Assembly (NCBI GenBank): GCA_963781585.1
Contig: CAWAGQ010000014.1
Location: forward strand, 96,001-160,000
DNA: 64,000 nt
Direction of reading: 5' to 3'
Origin: an uncultured Gemmatimonadaceae bacterium
Lineage (GTDB): Bacteria; Gemmatimonadota; Gemmatimonadetes; Gemmatimonadales; Gemmatimonadaceae
Made by a program: the position numbers and the translations under genes. Shown in pieces: positions 1 through 9,300 of the stretch (its first letter is position 1; each line of letters begins with the position of its first letter). Under the pieces are notes generated by a model. The model was given only the letters and a program-made list of their open reading frames with translations, was not told the DNA's origin and searched no databases.

Positions 1-1
1 G

Positions 2-1432
2 CTGGATGCGTCACAGGCGTCGCTGCTGGTGTATCGGCCCGAAAGCGCGCCGGTGTTTGCCCGGGATGCGGACCAGGCCGGCCGGGTCGTGGCCTCCCCG
101 GAGTCGCTGGCCAGCGACCTGCTGCCGGTTGCGCCGGCACCCGAAGCGGCCATCAGGACCGCGCCGCCAGCGTCGGTCCTGCGCGAGGCGCAGATCGGCG
201 CGGTCCATGTGTTTCGCACGCGCCGCGGCGTTCCGATCCTCGTCAGGCGGCGACCCGGCTCGCCGATCGTGCATGTGGGCATCTACAGTGCCGTCGGAAG
301 CGCGCGCGAATCGGACCAGCTGGCCGGGCTGGCGACCGTGAGCGCGCGCGCGACGGTCAAGGGGAGCGAGCAGCGATCGGCGGAGGCGATCGCCTACGCC
401 TCGGAGCTGCTGGGCGGCAGCATCGCGCCGAGCATCACCGCCGACGGCATGGGATGGACCTTCTCGGTGCCGGTCACTCGCACGGCCGACGCTGTGGCGC
501 TCTTTGCCGAGGTGGTGCTGCACCCCCGGCTGGCGGGAGAGGCGGTCGAGACCGAACGAACGATCGCGCTCGCCAATCTCGCCGAGTTGCGCGACGACAT
601 GTATCGCTATCCGGTGCGGCTTCTCAACGCCGCCGCATACGACGGTCATCCCTACGGCCGGGGACTGCTCGGCAGCGAGGAGACCTTGCGGGCGATTGGT
701 GAGGGCGATGTGCGTGCCTGGCACCAGTCGAGCGTGCTGACCGCTCCGGTGGTCATCGCCGCGGTTGGCGACGTTGACGAGCCCGGACTTGCCGGGATGC
801 TCGCGTCTGCGTTCGACGAGGTACAGATGGCGCCGTCGGTGCCCCTTGCGGCGCCGACGTGGCCGGCGGCGCCGCGTCAGGTGGCGGAACATCGCGATCG
901 GGCGCAGACCGCGCTGGCCCTGGCATTCCCGGCGCCCACGCGCCGCGATCCCGAGCGGTTTGCGGCGCTCCTGGTGGCGGGGATTGCCAGCGGTCTTGGC
1001 GGCCGCTTCTTCGAGGCGCTGCGCGAGCAACGGTCGCTGGCGTACACCGTGCATGCGGTGAGCATGGAGCGCGTGCAGTCGGGCGCGTTCGCGGCCTACA
1101 TCGCGACGTCACCGCAGCAGGAGGACGAGGCACGGGAGGGTCTGCTCGCGCAGTTCGCGCGGTTGCGGGAGGAGCCGGTGTCGGAGGAGGAGCTGACGCG
1201 AGCCAGGACCTACGCGTTAGGCAGTCACGCCATCGCCTTGCAGAGTGGCGGCGTGGTGCTCGGCGAGATGGTCGACAGCTGGCTGTTCGGAACGGGACTG
1301 AACGAACTGGAGGCATTCGAGCAGCGGCTGCGCGCGGTGACGGTGGACGGCGTGCTCGCCCTGGCGCAGCGCTACTTCGACCCGGAACGGCGTGTGGAAG
1401 GCGTGGTGCGAGGGGAAGGCCAGACACGATAG
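2..1432 (+). CDS. M16 (pitrilysin/insulinase) family zinc peptidase, C-terminal part; 5' end lies outside the window
   Basis: Frame open from base 2. M16 C-half patterns: GLATVSARATVKGS, GHPYGRGLLGSEE, GLGGRFFEALREQRSLAYTV, RAVTVDGVLALAQRYF. HxxEH motif not in view. Confidence 0.85.
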   Translation: MDASQASLLVYRPESAPVFARDADQAGRVVASPESLASDLLPVAPAPEAAIRTAPPASVLREAQIGAVHVFRTRRGVPILVRRRPGSPIVHVGIYSAVGSARESDQLAGLATVSARATVKGSEQRSAEAIAYASELLGGSIAPSITADGMGWTFSVPVTRTADAVALFAEVVLHPRLAGEAVETERTIALANLAELRDDMYRYPVRLLNAAAYDGHPYGRGLLGSEETLRAIGEGDVRAWHQSSVLTAPVVIAAVGDVDEPGLAGMLASAFDEVQMAPSVPLAAPTWPAAPRQVAEHRDRAQTALALAFPAPTRRDPERFAALLVAGIASGLGGRFFEALREQRSLAYTVHAVSMERVQSGAFAAYIATSPQQEDEAREGLLAQFARLREEPVSEEELTRARTYALGSHAIALQSGGVVLGEMVDSWLFGTGLNELEAFEQRLRAVTVDGVLALAQRYFDPERRVEGVVRGEGQTR

Positions 1433-1515
1433 CTGAAAGACCACAGGACACACCCGCGCGCTCGCGAGGCGTGGAGTACCACGGGTACCTGACGAGCGCC
1501 TTCGCGTGCCACCCT

Positions 1516-1571
1516 CCCATGACCTTTGGCCTTTGGCCTTTGGCCTATGACCCTTGGCCTTTGGCCTACTC
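1516..1571. repeat. Heptamer tandem array, (CCTTTGG)-like, about 8 units
   Basis: cccatga cctttgg cctttgg cctttgg cctatga cccttgg cctttgg cctactc; abuts the serpin stop codon between convergent genes. Confidence 0.9.
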
Positions 1572-2816
1572 CGGCACCTCCACCTTGCCCAGGAAGAGTA
1601 TGGTCCCCGTGAGTCGCTCGCGGATCGCAAAGACGAACGGACGGTTCACCCGAATGGCCTCGGGAAGCGAGGTGAGACCGATGCCCACGGTCGTTACCGC
1701 GGCTGCCTCGGTGCCGACTTCGTTCACATCGACGAACGTATTCTGCTTCACGTAGCTGATGTAGAGATGGTGTCCCGCGCTGGCCGACATGCGGGTGAAA
1801 TCCGCGCCGTCGGGCACAAAGGCCCGCTGCATCCCCAGCCGCTGGAGGGCGGGGTTCAGCGTGTCCTCCCAGGTCAGCGTGAACTTCGGGAGGTACAGGT
1901 CGGCGTCGTCATCGTACAGGTTCGCGGTCGCGGCAGCCCACGAGTCCGCGGAGAGCGCCGCGATCGCCTGATCGACCGAGACACCGGACAACGGCATCAG
2001 GATCGTCATCACGAACGCGTCGCCGCCGTACGGCAGCTCGACGACGGTGGCGTTCGCGGTCGTACCAAGGCGGAATCCGCCGGTCCGGTGCATGGTGGGA
2101 ACGCTCACCGACGGCCCGCTGGACGGGATGAACGGCTGGGGATGGGTCTCACTCTCCTTGAAGCCCTGGCGCCAGTCACCCTTGAAGTAGATCGCGTTCA
2201 TGAGGAGCATCACCAGGTCCGGTTCGATGTGCTCGATGACGCGAGGGATCCTCCCGCTGGTTGTGCGCCCTGCCCAGGCGTTCACCGTATCCACCGCCAG
2301 CGGCGAGGCGAAGTCCAGGCCCGCCACGTCGGCGTCGAAGTACTGTGCGGCGTCGCTCAGGAACGACGGTTCGACTGCGCCGCCGAAGGCGTCGTCGTAG
2401 AAGATCGCGTTGGCGATCCGGAAGTCGACGCGCCGGTCGAGGTTTCTCAGCAGCGCGATGAGGGACTGATACGACCGGTTCAGTTCGTCATGCGACTGGG
2501 TTCCGAAGCCCAGCGTCGTGCGCATCTCGTCGAACGTAGTCCCGGCGGCGCCGTCCATCGTCATGCCAAGCGCCATCGAGGCGCTGAGCGGGGACAGGAA
2601 GACGTTCTGTCCCGCGAACGACGGATTCTCTTCCCGGAGCAGGTTGAAGCCGAACACGTTCGAAGCGTCGATCATGGCCGCTTCGGTCGCCGACAGCGCA
2701 CGCGGGAGCGACGAGATCCTGGATGGCGTGGGGTCCGGAGCGGATGGGTCCGCGCATGCCGCGGCGGCCGTCACCAGTAACGGCAGCAGCAGGGCGGGAC
2801 GACGAAGCAAGGTCAT
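1566..2816 (-). CDS. Serpin (serine protease inhibitor), predicted lipoprotein
   Basis: NVFLSPLSASMALGM, NAIYFKGDW, hinge/RCL NEVGTEAAAVT, NRPFVFAIRE. Lipobox-like TAAAAC after ATG 2816, which has an AGAGAGG SD. Confidence 0.95.
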   Translation of the reverse strand: MTLLRRPALLLPLLVTAAAACADPSAPDPTPSRISSLPRALSATEAAMIDASNVFGFNLLREENPSFAGQNVFLSPLSASMALGMTMDGAAGTTFDEMRTTLGFGTQSHDELNRSYQSLIALLRNLDRRVDFRIANAIFYDDAFGGAVEPSFLSDAAQYFDADVAGLDFASPLAVDTVNAWAGRTTSGRIPRVIEHIEPDLVMLLMNAIYFKGDWRQGFKESETHPQPFIPSSGPSVSVPTMHRTGGFRLGTTANATVVELPYGGDAFVMTILMPLSGVSVDQAIAALSADSWAAATANLYDDDADLYLPKFTLTWEDTLNPALQRLGMQRAFVPDGADFTRMSASAGHHLYISYVKQNTFVDVNEVGTEAAAVTTVGIGLTSLPEAIRVNRPFVFAIRERLTGTILFLGKVEVPE

Positions 2817-2975
2817 GCAGGTGCCTCTCTGAGCGGGCGAAACCGACTTGTGCGCGACGCGCTGCTCACCGAGATGACACGTGCGGCGCCGGAATCCCCG
2901 ACTCCTGCGGGTTCCCACCGGTCCCGAAACCGAGGCCTGCGCGATGGCGCGACGCCTGCGGCCGTGTCCGCGCGC

Positions 2976-3731
2976 TCACACTCTTCGCGAGGCGGGAGGG
3001 TAGCCCAGCGCGGTGTTCAACCAGCGCACGAACGGCAGCATGAGGCGAAAGTCACGCTCCAGCCGGGCGGTGAGCTTCTGTTCCAGGACGTTTGCGTCGC
3101 TCAGAGGCGCCGAAACCGTGAACGAAACGTATCGAAGCCAGGGCTCGGCTGGGTGGCCGGGTGCGTATCCGCGCGGCAGGCGTGACAACATCCGTTCCTG
3201 TGTCAGCCCCTCGAACCGGCGCTGAAACGCCCTGCCGCGCAGCGTCTGCGCGAACTCCCTGGGCCGGGCCGCGATCGCGTCACGCAACCGGTTGAGCGAT
3301 GGACGGGGAGGCATCCAGACGCCGCCCGCGACGATCGAGTGTCCCGGTTCCAGATGAAAGTAGAACCCGGCGCCCGCACCGTGCGTCTCGCTCCCGACAC
3401 CATACCCCGCGTTCCGGTGGGTGAACCAGCATGCCGCATGCGTCTTGTACGGCGACTTGTCGGTTGAGAAGCGCACGTCCCGGTAGATCCGGAAGATCGA
3501 GCGCTTGGGGTCGCCGATGATTTCCGGTGCGAACGACGCCAGGCGAACATCGACCTCCTCCACCAGCAGCCGCATCGGCCCGAGGACATGGTCTTCGTAC
3601 TCCGCGCGGCGTTCCTGGAACCAGTCGCGGCGATTGTTGCGCTTGATGCCGCGGAGGAAACTCAACGCGTTGCGCTGGAAGCCCGGAAAGACGATCGGCG
3701 TCGGCATGTTCGGGAACCTAACGTCCGGCAT
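2976..3731 (-). CDS. DUF2461 (TIGR02453) family protein
   Basis: FLRGIKRNNRRDWF, FRIYRDVRFSTDKSPYKT, GFYFHLEPG, GGVWMP. Start is ATG 3731 or 3707. Confidence 0.9.
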   Translation of the reverse strand: MPDVRFPNMPTPIVFPGFQRNALSFLRGIKRNNRRDWFQERRAEYEDHVLGPMRLLVEEVDVRLASFAPEIIGDPKRSIFRIYRDVRFSTDKSPYKTHAACWFTHRNAGYGVGSETHGAGAGFYFHLEPGHSIVAGGVWMPPRPSLNRLRDAIAARPREFAQTLRGRAFQRRFEGLTQERMLSRLPRGYAPGHPAEPWLRYVSFTVSAPLSDANVLEQKLTARLERDFRLMLPFVRWLNTALGYPPASRRV

Positions 3732-3750
3732 GCGGCGCCCGGAACGGTGG

Positions 3751-5289
3751 TCACGGCTCGGCCAGGATCTTTCTGACACGGGCGAGCACGTCGGTTGCGG
3801 GTCGCAGCCGTCCGCCCGGCGCGCGCAGCCCGGTGACTGCGTCGTAGTCACCGGCTCCTTCCGCGACGAAACCAGCAACCCGTGGAAGGGTCGTCGCCCA
3901 CGCCAGCATGCCCCAGAGGGACGCGCCCTGGTTCCGCTCGCCGAACAGGCGGGGATAGGCGCCGGTTCCGAGCACCCAGGCCGGTTTCCGTACGTTCTCC
4001 AACCAACGGTCCGCGACGAGCATTCGCGACCGGATTGAGGCGCCGCCGTCGTAGGAGGGGTACAGCGCGATCGCGACGTCGTCGATCGTCGTGGTGGGAC
4101 TCGCGGCCCACGCGAACAGCTCGCTGTCGGCAGGGGTGAAGGCCGACGCCGACACCGCCACGCGGGTCGCCGGACGGGCGGCATGCACCAGGGTGGCGGC
4201 GTCCCGCATGTACTGGCGCCACCAGCGCGGCGACACGCTGCCTAACGCCGCCGATCCGGCGAGACAGGGATCGAGCGCCGGGAACACCACGTCGGGGTGG
4301 AGGCGCCGCACCACCCGATCGAGGGCGGCCAGCCGCGTGCGCTGGTACTCCTCCGGATCGACACGAAAGCGCTGGGCGTCACCCACGCCGTATCCGAGGG
4401 CGACGAGCAGACGCACCCCGGATCGCCGCCGGTCTTCCAGCGCCCGGGAGAGCGAGTCGAGGGCCGCGGTGGTGACGCCTCCAGTCGGCTGGATGACGAC
4501 ACTTACTGCCTGCGCACCGATCGAGTCGACCAGCGCGAGATCCGCGAGTACCGCCGGCCGCGGCGGAGGCCCGGACAGTTCAGGGAAGATTCGCACGCCG
4601 ATCATGAAATCGCCCCGTGGCCGCTCCTGCAGCCGGTCGCCCGCGAATGCCGCAAACGTGGTCACCGCATGCAGCGCGCCGGGATACTCGACAGCGAACA
4701 GCACCAGCGTCGCCGTCGCCCAGAGCGCCAGAGCTACGCGGAAGACCTTCCCGGATCGATAGGGGGTGGGATAGGAGGGGGATAGGACGGGGACCTGGAG
4801 CGCCAACGGGGACGTCAGCGCGCTACGACCCCACACGAACGCGATCACGCTCGCATGCGACACGGCGAACGCCATCACTGGGGCCGGAGGCTCCGGCATG
4901 TGGGTGGTCAGAAAGCGCGCCAGGGCGCCCACGAAGAGGATCACGTTGTAAGCCGCGATGGGGAATCCCAGGAACGGGGCCACCGTACCGCGCCCGAGCG
5001 CGTAGAGTGCCTGCAGTGCGCAGAGGCACGCCACCACCGGCCAGAGCCAGTCGATGATGTAGACTGCGCGGCCGTTCAGCACGGTGCTCGCGACCACGGC
5101 CACGACCACGCCGGGAACCACGAGCAGCGACGACAGCGCGGTCAGCCCGAGAAAGACCGGTGAGCCTCGCCGGTTGTTGAGGATTCGACCCGCCACGAAC
5201 AGGTCCCAGGCGAGCACCACCGCGTCAATCGCGTAGAAGGCATGCGTGGGCGACGTCACCAGCGCAGTCTGCGCGAGCACGATGCGCAA
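3751..5289 (-). CDS. Hypothetical membrane protein: about 6 N-terminal TM helices plus a C-terminal glycoside-hydrolase-like (beta/alpha) domain
   Basis: Hydrophobic N-terminal ~200 aa, then alternating beta/alpha pattern ending in DYDAVTGLRAPGGRLRPA. TTG start with GGGGAG SD. Confidence 0.6.
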   Translation of the reverse strand: MRIVLAQTALVTSPTHAFYAIDAVVLAWDLFVAGRILNNRRGSPVFLGLTALSSLLVVPGVVVAVVASTVLNGRAVYIIDWLWPVVACLCALQALYALGRGTVAPFLGFPIAAYNVILFVGALARFLTTHMPEPPAPVMAFAVSHASVIAFVWGRSALTSPLALQVPVLSPSYPTPYRSGKVFRVALALWATATLVLFAVEYPGALHAVTTFAAFAGDRLQERPRGDFMIGVRIFPELSGPPPRPAVLADLALVDSIGAQAVSVVIQPTGGVTTAALDSLSRALEDRRRSGVRLLVALGYGVGDAQRFRVDPEEYQRTRLAALDRVVRRLHPDVVFPALDPCLAGSAALGSVSPRWWRQYMRDAATLVHAARPATRVAVSASAFTPADSELFAWAASPTTTIDDVAIALYPSYDGGASIRSRMLVADRWLENVRKPAWVLGTGAYPRLFGERNQGASLWGMLAWATTLPRVAGFVAEGAGDYDAVTGLRAPGGRLRPATDVLARVRKILAEP

Positions 5290-5377
5290 CAGCTCCCCAT
5301 GGCTGCCGGAAAGAGCGGGGCTTCATGCCGGCGCGGGCGGGCGCCGGCACGATCTGCGCGGGCCGCGGACTCTGCCA

Positions 5378-5737
5378 TCAGCCGCGCTCTCGGCGCTCGC
5401 TGCGAACCGAGCGTGCTGTCAGTCGCCGCTGAAGCACGTCAAGGGCCCGCTGCGGATCATGATGCGAGCGGGCGAGCACGTCGAGCAGCGCCAGTTCGCG
5501 CTCCGGATTCGTGTGCAGCGACATGTGACAGCCGTCGAGTGGGAGGATGACGCTCAAGCCTCCGTCGGGGTGCTTCAGCACGACCGGCGGACCGGTTGCA
5601 CTGAGACCGGCTGCGCTTGCTGCCGACACCATCACGCCGCTGATCAACGATTGGTCCATCAGTTGCACGGACGGGACGCCGTGGAAGTCCGCCGTGAGGT
5701 GGACGATCGTGGAGCGTGCGCCCTCAGCGCCGGACAT
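5378..5737 (-). CDS. S-adenosylmethionine decarboxylase (SpeD/SpeH) proenzyme homolog with altered active site
   Basis: HLTADFHG..L.D, AASAAG, PDGGLSVILPLDGCHMSLHTNPE..ALLDV and terminal RG align with the class 1b AdoMetDC pattern; canonical ESH is GCH here. Confidence 0.75.
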   Translation of the reverse strand: MSGAEGARSTIVHLTADFHGVPSVQLMDQSLISGVMVSAASAAGLSATGPPVVLKHPDGGLSVILPLDGCHMSLHTNPERELALLDVLARSHHDPQRALDVLQRRLTARSVRSERRERG

Positions 5738-5863
5738 TGATCGAATGCGCGAGGAAAAGGCGACCAATCATTCCCACCGATCTCACCGCCACGTGTTTCA
5801 TCGGGGTGTACGTTGAGCGAACGACGCTGTCCTCGCCAGCCTTCTGACGTACCTTCCCTGCCC

Positions 5864-6394
5864 ATGCCTCTCATCGGCGTCCCCTGTCACCGTGCCGGAC
5901 GGCTCATTTATCGACGGATCTCGGGGGGCTCCCTGTGCGGCGCCCTGATGATGGTTTTCGCCGGCACAAACCGGGTTGTGGCACAGAACTCGGTTGCGCC
6001 GGTGGCAGAGGCGCGCCTGGATTTCATCGCGGGAAGGTCGACTGCCGCCCAGATGGGCGCAGCGCTCAGCCTCGGCAGCGGCTACGGGCGCGTGTTCTTC
6101 GCGGCGGGTCTCGGAGCAGCATGGAAGGACGGAACGCGGCAGGTAAGCAGCCGAGTCGACATCGGAGGCCGATTCCTCCTCGATCCACTCCAGGAGTCAC
6201 GATGGGGCCTCTATGGGACGGGTGGGCTCAGTGTGTTGAACGACGGCCACCGCCGCTGGCGAGGCTTGCTGGAGGTGGGTGTGGGGCTGGAGTTCCCGAG
6301 TCGGGGCCGGGGGGTCTGGGCGGCGGAGGTCGGTCTGGGTGGCGGACTACGGCTGGGACTCGCCTTGCGGCAGACCCGACGGGGGCGTCGCTAG
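5864..6394 (+). CDS. Hypothetical exported protein, probable small outer-membrane beta-barrel
   Basis: Signal-like segment ending VVA|Q, then Gly/aromatic amphipathic strands (RFLLDP, WGLYGTGG, WAAEVGLGGGLRLG). Start uncertain. Confidence 0.55.
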   Translation: MPLIGVPCHRAGRLIYRRISGGSLCGALMMVFAGTNRVVAQNSVAPVAEARLDFIAGRSTAAQMGAALSLGSGYGRVFFAAGLGAAWKDGTRQVSSRVDIGGRFLLDPLQESRWGLYGTGGLSVLNDGHRRWRGLLEVGVGLEFPSRGRGVWAAEVGLGGGLRLGLALRQTRRGRR

Positions 6395-6515
6395 TCCGAA
6401 CCTCCAAGTACCAGGCGCATTCCATGACGGGATTCGCCTGCCGCAGGGGACGTGTCGCAAAGGCGATGACCCTCTCGCCGGAGATCGCCGTCCGGTTTGT
6501 CGTGGACGGGGCCCT

Positions 6516-6548
6516 GAAACAAGAACGCCCCCCCGGGTGGGGGGGGCG
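6516..6548 (-). terminator. Intrinsic terminator of the 6559-6837 gene
   Basis: 9-bp stem CGCCCCCCC/GGGGGGGCG followed on the minus strand by TTCTTGTTTC. Confidence 0.7.
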
Positions 6549-6558
6549 CCGACACTCC

Positions 6559-6837
6559 CTACACTCCCGCTGCGCTCGCGACGGTGTTCGTGGTGGCGCG
6601 GGGTGGCTGAACGAACCGCTCACCCAGCAACCGCAGCTGGTTCAGTTCGCTGCCAGTGAGCTCATGGTACCTTTCGCCGAGATACTTCATGGTCTCGTCG
6701 AACCATTCCGACTGGTACTCCGGCTCGCAACCGATGACCCCGCATCGCATGATGTGCTGAAACATCTCGTCGCGGGCCTCTTCGAACGGCGTCGGCAGCG
6801 CGACCTCACGTGGACGACGATGTCTGTTCTTCCCCAT
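6559..6837 (-). CDS. Hypothetical protein (92 aa)
   Basis: Protein-like composition (PFEEARDEMFQHIMRCGV..WFDETMKYL), GGGAG SD and a downstream terminator. Confidence 0.75.
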   Translation of the reverse strand: MGKNRHRRPREVALPTPFEEARDEMFQHIMRCGVIGCEPEYQSEWFDETMKYLGERYHELTGSELNQLRLLGERFVQPPRATTNTVASAAGV

Positions 6838-6984
6838 TCTCCCGAATACGTGTGAAATGAATGTCGCGGAACCTCGTGGAAGCTTCCGTAATCTAGCTAC
6901 GCGCGAGCAATTCGTTTCGTTCCAGGCGCAGGAAGGAGTCTCGGCGCCAGGCCTCGCTGTCTTGAGGGTGGCTTTTTCGACGTT

Positions 6985-7836
6985 TCAGGCGGGACCCGGG
7001 TTGCCGATATGTGCCAGGATGGCGTCCACCAGCGCACCGGGATTCTCCTCGGCGATCAGACGGCCGACTCCGGGCACGACCTCGATCCGGGCGTTCGGCA
7101 TCTCTTCCGTGAGGCGGCGCACGACTCCCTCCTGGCACCACTGGTCGGCCGTTCCGTGCAGGATCAGGGTCGGGTGACGAATCTTCCCGAGCACGACGTC
7201 GCCGAGGTCATTTCCCTCGAGTGCGCTGGCAAGGGCGAGAAGGTGATTTACGCCCTCCCGGCCGAGGAACGGCGCCACGTAGCGGCCTACGAGTCTTGGT
7301 GAGAGCGACTCGGGGTTGGAGACGCCGCTTTCGAGCAGCACCCGGATGAGCGGCTCGGCCCCGAAAAGTCCGCGAACCAGGCGCACCAGGTGCAGGGCGG
7401 TCTCGCGCTGCATGAGCCGGATCTGCGCCCCCGGAAGCTCGTCCGCCCACATTGGACTTATCAGGACGAGTCGGCCGGCCTGCGCGGGGCTATCGAAAGC
7501 CAGCCGCAACGCGATCAGCGTGGACGTGTCGGAGGCGACGATTGTCGGCCTGGAGACGCCAAGCGTCTCGAGAGCCGCCGCGAGGTATCGCGATTGCGCC
7601 TGAATGCCGAAGTCCGCATCGAAAGGGCGATCCGACGCGCCGTAACCAAAGAGGTCGAACGCCAGTGCGGCGCACTGAGCGACGGCCAATTCAGGGCCAA
7701 CGTGTCTCCACAGGAAGGAATTCGTGCCGAAGCCATGAAGCAGAACGACCGCGTCCTCGCCATAGCCGTAGCGCTCCACCATCGCGGCACCCGGCCCCAC
7801 CGGCACTCGAAAGGAGTCGTAATCGGGAAGGCGCAT
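6985..7836 (-). CDS. Alpha/beta fold hydrolase, atypical catalytic residues
   Basis: VVLLHGFGTNS, FDLFGYGASD, PTLILHGTADQW. Nucleophile elbow ASDTS; His position reads GVGRL. Confidence 0.85.
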   Translation of the reverse strand: MRLPDYDSFRVPVGPGAAMVERYGYGEDAVVLLHGFGTNSFLWRHVGPELAVAQCAALAFDLFGYGASDRPFDADFGIQAQSRYLAAALETLGVSRPTIVASDTSTLIALRLAFDSPAQAGRLVLISPMWADELPGAQIRLMQRETALHLVRLVRGLFGAEPLIRVLLESGVSNPESLSPRLVGRYVAPFLGREGVNHLLALASALEGNDLGDVVLGKIRHPTLILHGTADQWCQEGVVRRLTEEMPNARIEVVPGVGRLIAEENPGALVDAILAHIGNPGPA

Positions 7837-8106
7837 ATTGGCGCGCGAAAGAGGACTGGTTGACCGGACCGGGTTCGGAAGCGACGTGGCGCGCCGGAAA
7901 TCAGCGGGCGGTGGCCGGTGCCGGCAAGCGGGTGTGCTGGACTCGCTGGGTGGTGCCTCTCTAACTTGCGCAGGAGTCGCGAGGGCAGCGGCCTGCGCGC
8001 CGGTTCGCGACGGCGGTCAGGTTTGCGCTGTGAAGACAGTGCTCCTGACGCCAGGCGTCCGGTTCTGGTCGCCCCGCGCGATAGCGCATCGCTGAGGCAG
8101 GGACGC

Positions 8107-8403
8107 ATGGCGGAGGAGACATACGACGAAGGCCGGGAACGCAATCTTGAGGCGCTGCTGCGGGCCTTCGCCGAGCGCGTCGGCGCGCTCGACCATGAGG
8201 GACAGTTGCTGGCGCATGCGGGAGAGCTGCTGAAGCTGATTGGCGACATTCGCAGTGAGCTCTTCCATTACGAAGTGCGGGTCACCTACGACACCCCGGA
8301 GATCGCCGAGAATCGGCGGATCGTATCCGAGGCCACGGACACCGACGAGAGCCGATGGGAAAAGACCGAATGGAGTCCCGACGAGGACGACGAGCGGAAG
8401 TGA
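8107..8403 (+). CDS. Hypothetical acidic protein (98 aa)
   Basis: ATG 8107; helical content (LIGDIRSELFHYEVRVTYDTPE); stop overlaps the next gene's GTG (GTGA). Confidence 0.7.
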   Translation: MAEETYDEGRERNLEALLRAFAERVGALDHEGQLLAHAGELLKLIGDIRSELFHYEVRVTYDTPEIAENRRIVSEATDTDESRWEKTEWSPDEDDERK

Positions 8404-9215
8404 AGTCGGGCGCAAAGCAGACGGCGCCGGGCGCGGGCGCGAAGCAGCGGAACGTGGTCCAGGAATCGTCGTCGCGCGGGAAGGGACCGTTCTACGTCGT
8501 GCTGGCGGTGATCGCGGTGGTGGCGGGGTCGCTGATCGCGTATCAGGCAAAGCGGCCTACCGCACGCGTGGTCACGATCGATCCGACGACGCCGTTGCCG
8601 GCGGCCCGTGGCTATTCGCTGGGGAGCGACAGCGCACCCGTACACGTGCTGGAGTTCGCCGATTTCGAGTGCCCGGCGTGCGAGCAGTTTGCCACGCTCA
8701 CCGAGCCCGACGTCCGAAAGCGGCTGATCGAGACCGGGCGCGTCCAGGTGCGGTTCCTGGACTATCCGCTCGACGTGCATCGCAATACGTGGGAGGCTTC
8801 GATGGCGGCGGCCTGCGCCAACGAGCAGGGGAAGTTCTGGGCCATGCACGACGCCCTGTTCAACAACCAGGACCGCTGGAACGGGGAGGCGACGAACCGA
8901 CCGAAGGGGGTGCTCAAAGGACTGGCGCAGTCGATCGGTCTGGATGTGCCCCGGTGGGAGTCCTGTTACGACACGCAAAAATTCAAGCTGGATATCGCGG
9001 CGAACCAGAAGGAGGGTGAGCGGCGGCTGGTGCAGTCCACCCCCACGTTCGTGATCGGCTCGAAGATGATTCCCGGGGCGCTCGGCTACGACACGTTCAA
9101 GGCATACGTCGACACGGCCCTGGCGTCGGGGGACACGGCTTCGGGCCTCCGCGCGCTGCCGGAGCGCGACACGGGTTTGCCGCCGCGAGCGCCGGTCAGC
9201 CCGAAGGGGTCGTGA
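8400..9215 (+). CDS. DsbA-family thioredoxin-fold oxidoreductase, membrane anchored
   Basis: TM helix, EFADFECPAC, DYPL, AACANEQGKFWAMHDALF, STPTF cis-Pro loop. Confidence 0.92.
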   Translation: MKSGAKQTAPGAGAKQRNVVQESSSRGKGPFYVVLAVIAVVAGSLIAYQAKRPTARVVTIDPTTPLPAARGYSLGSDSAPVHVLEFADFECPACEQFATLTEPDVRKRLIETGRVQVRFLDYPLDVHRNTWEASMAAACANEQGKFWAMHDALFNNQDRWNGEATNRPKGVLKGLAQSIGLDVPRWESCYDTQKFKLDIAANQKEGERRLVQSTPTFVIGSKMIPGALGYDTFKAYVDTALASGDTASGLRALPERDTGLPPRAPVSPKGS

Positions 9216-9300
9216 GAGGCGCGGCCGCCAGTCGGCAGAGCGGAGGGCGCGGGCCAGGGCGACGGGGAGCCATGTTCGCCCGTAGTCGTTAGGCGGCCCC

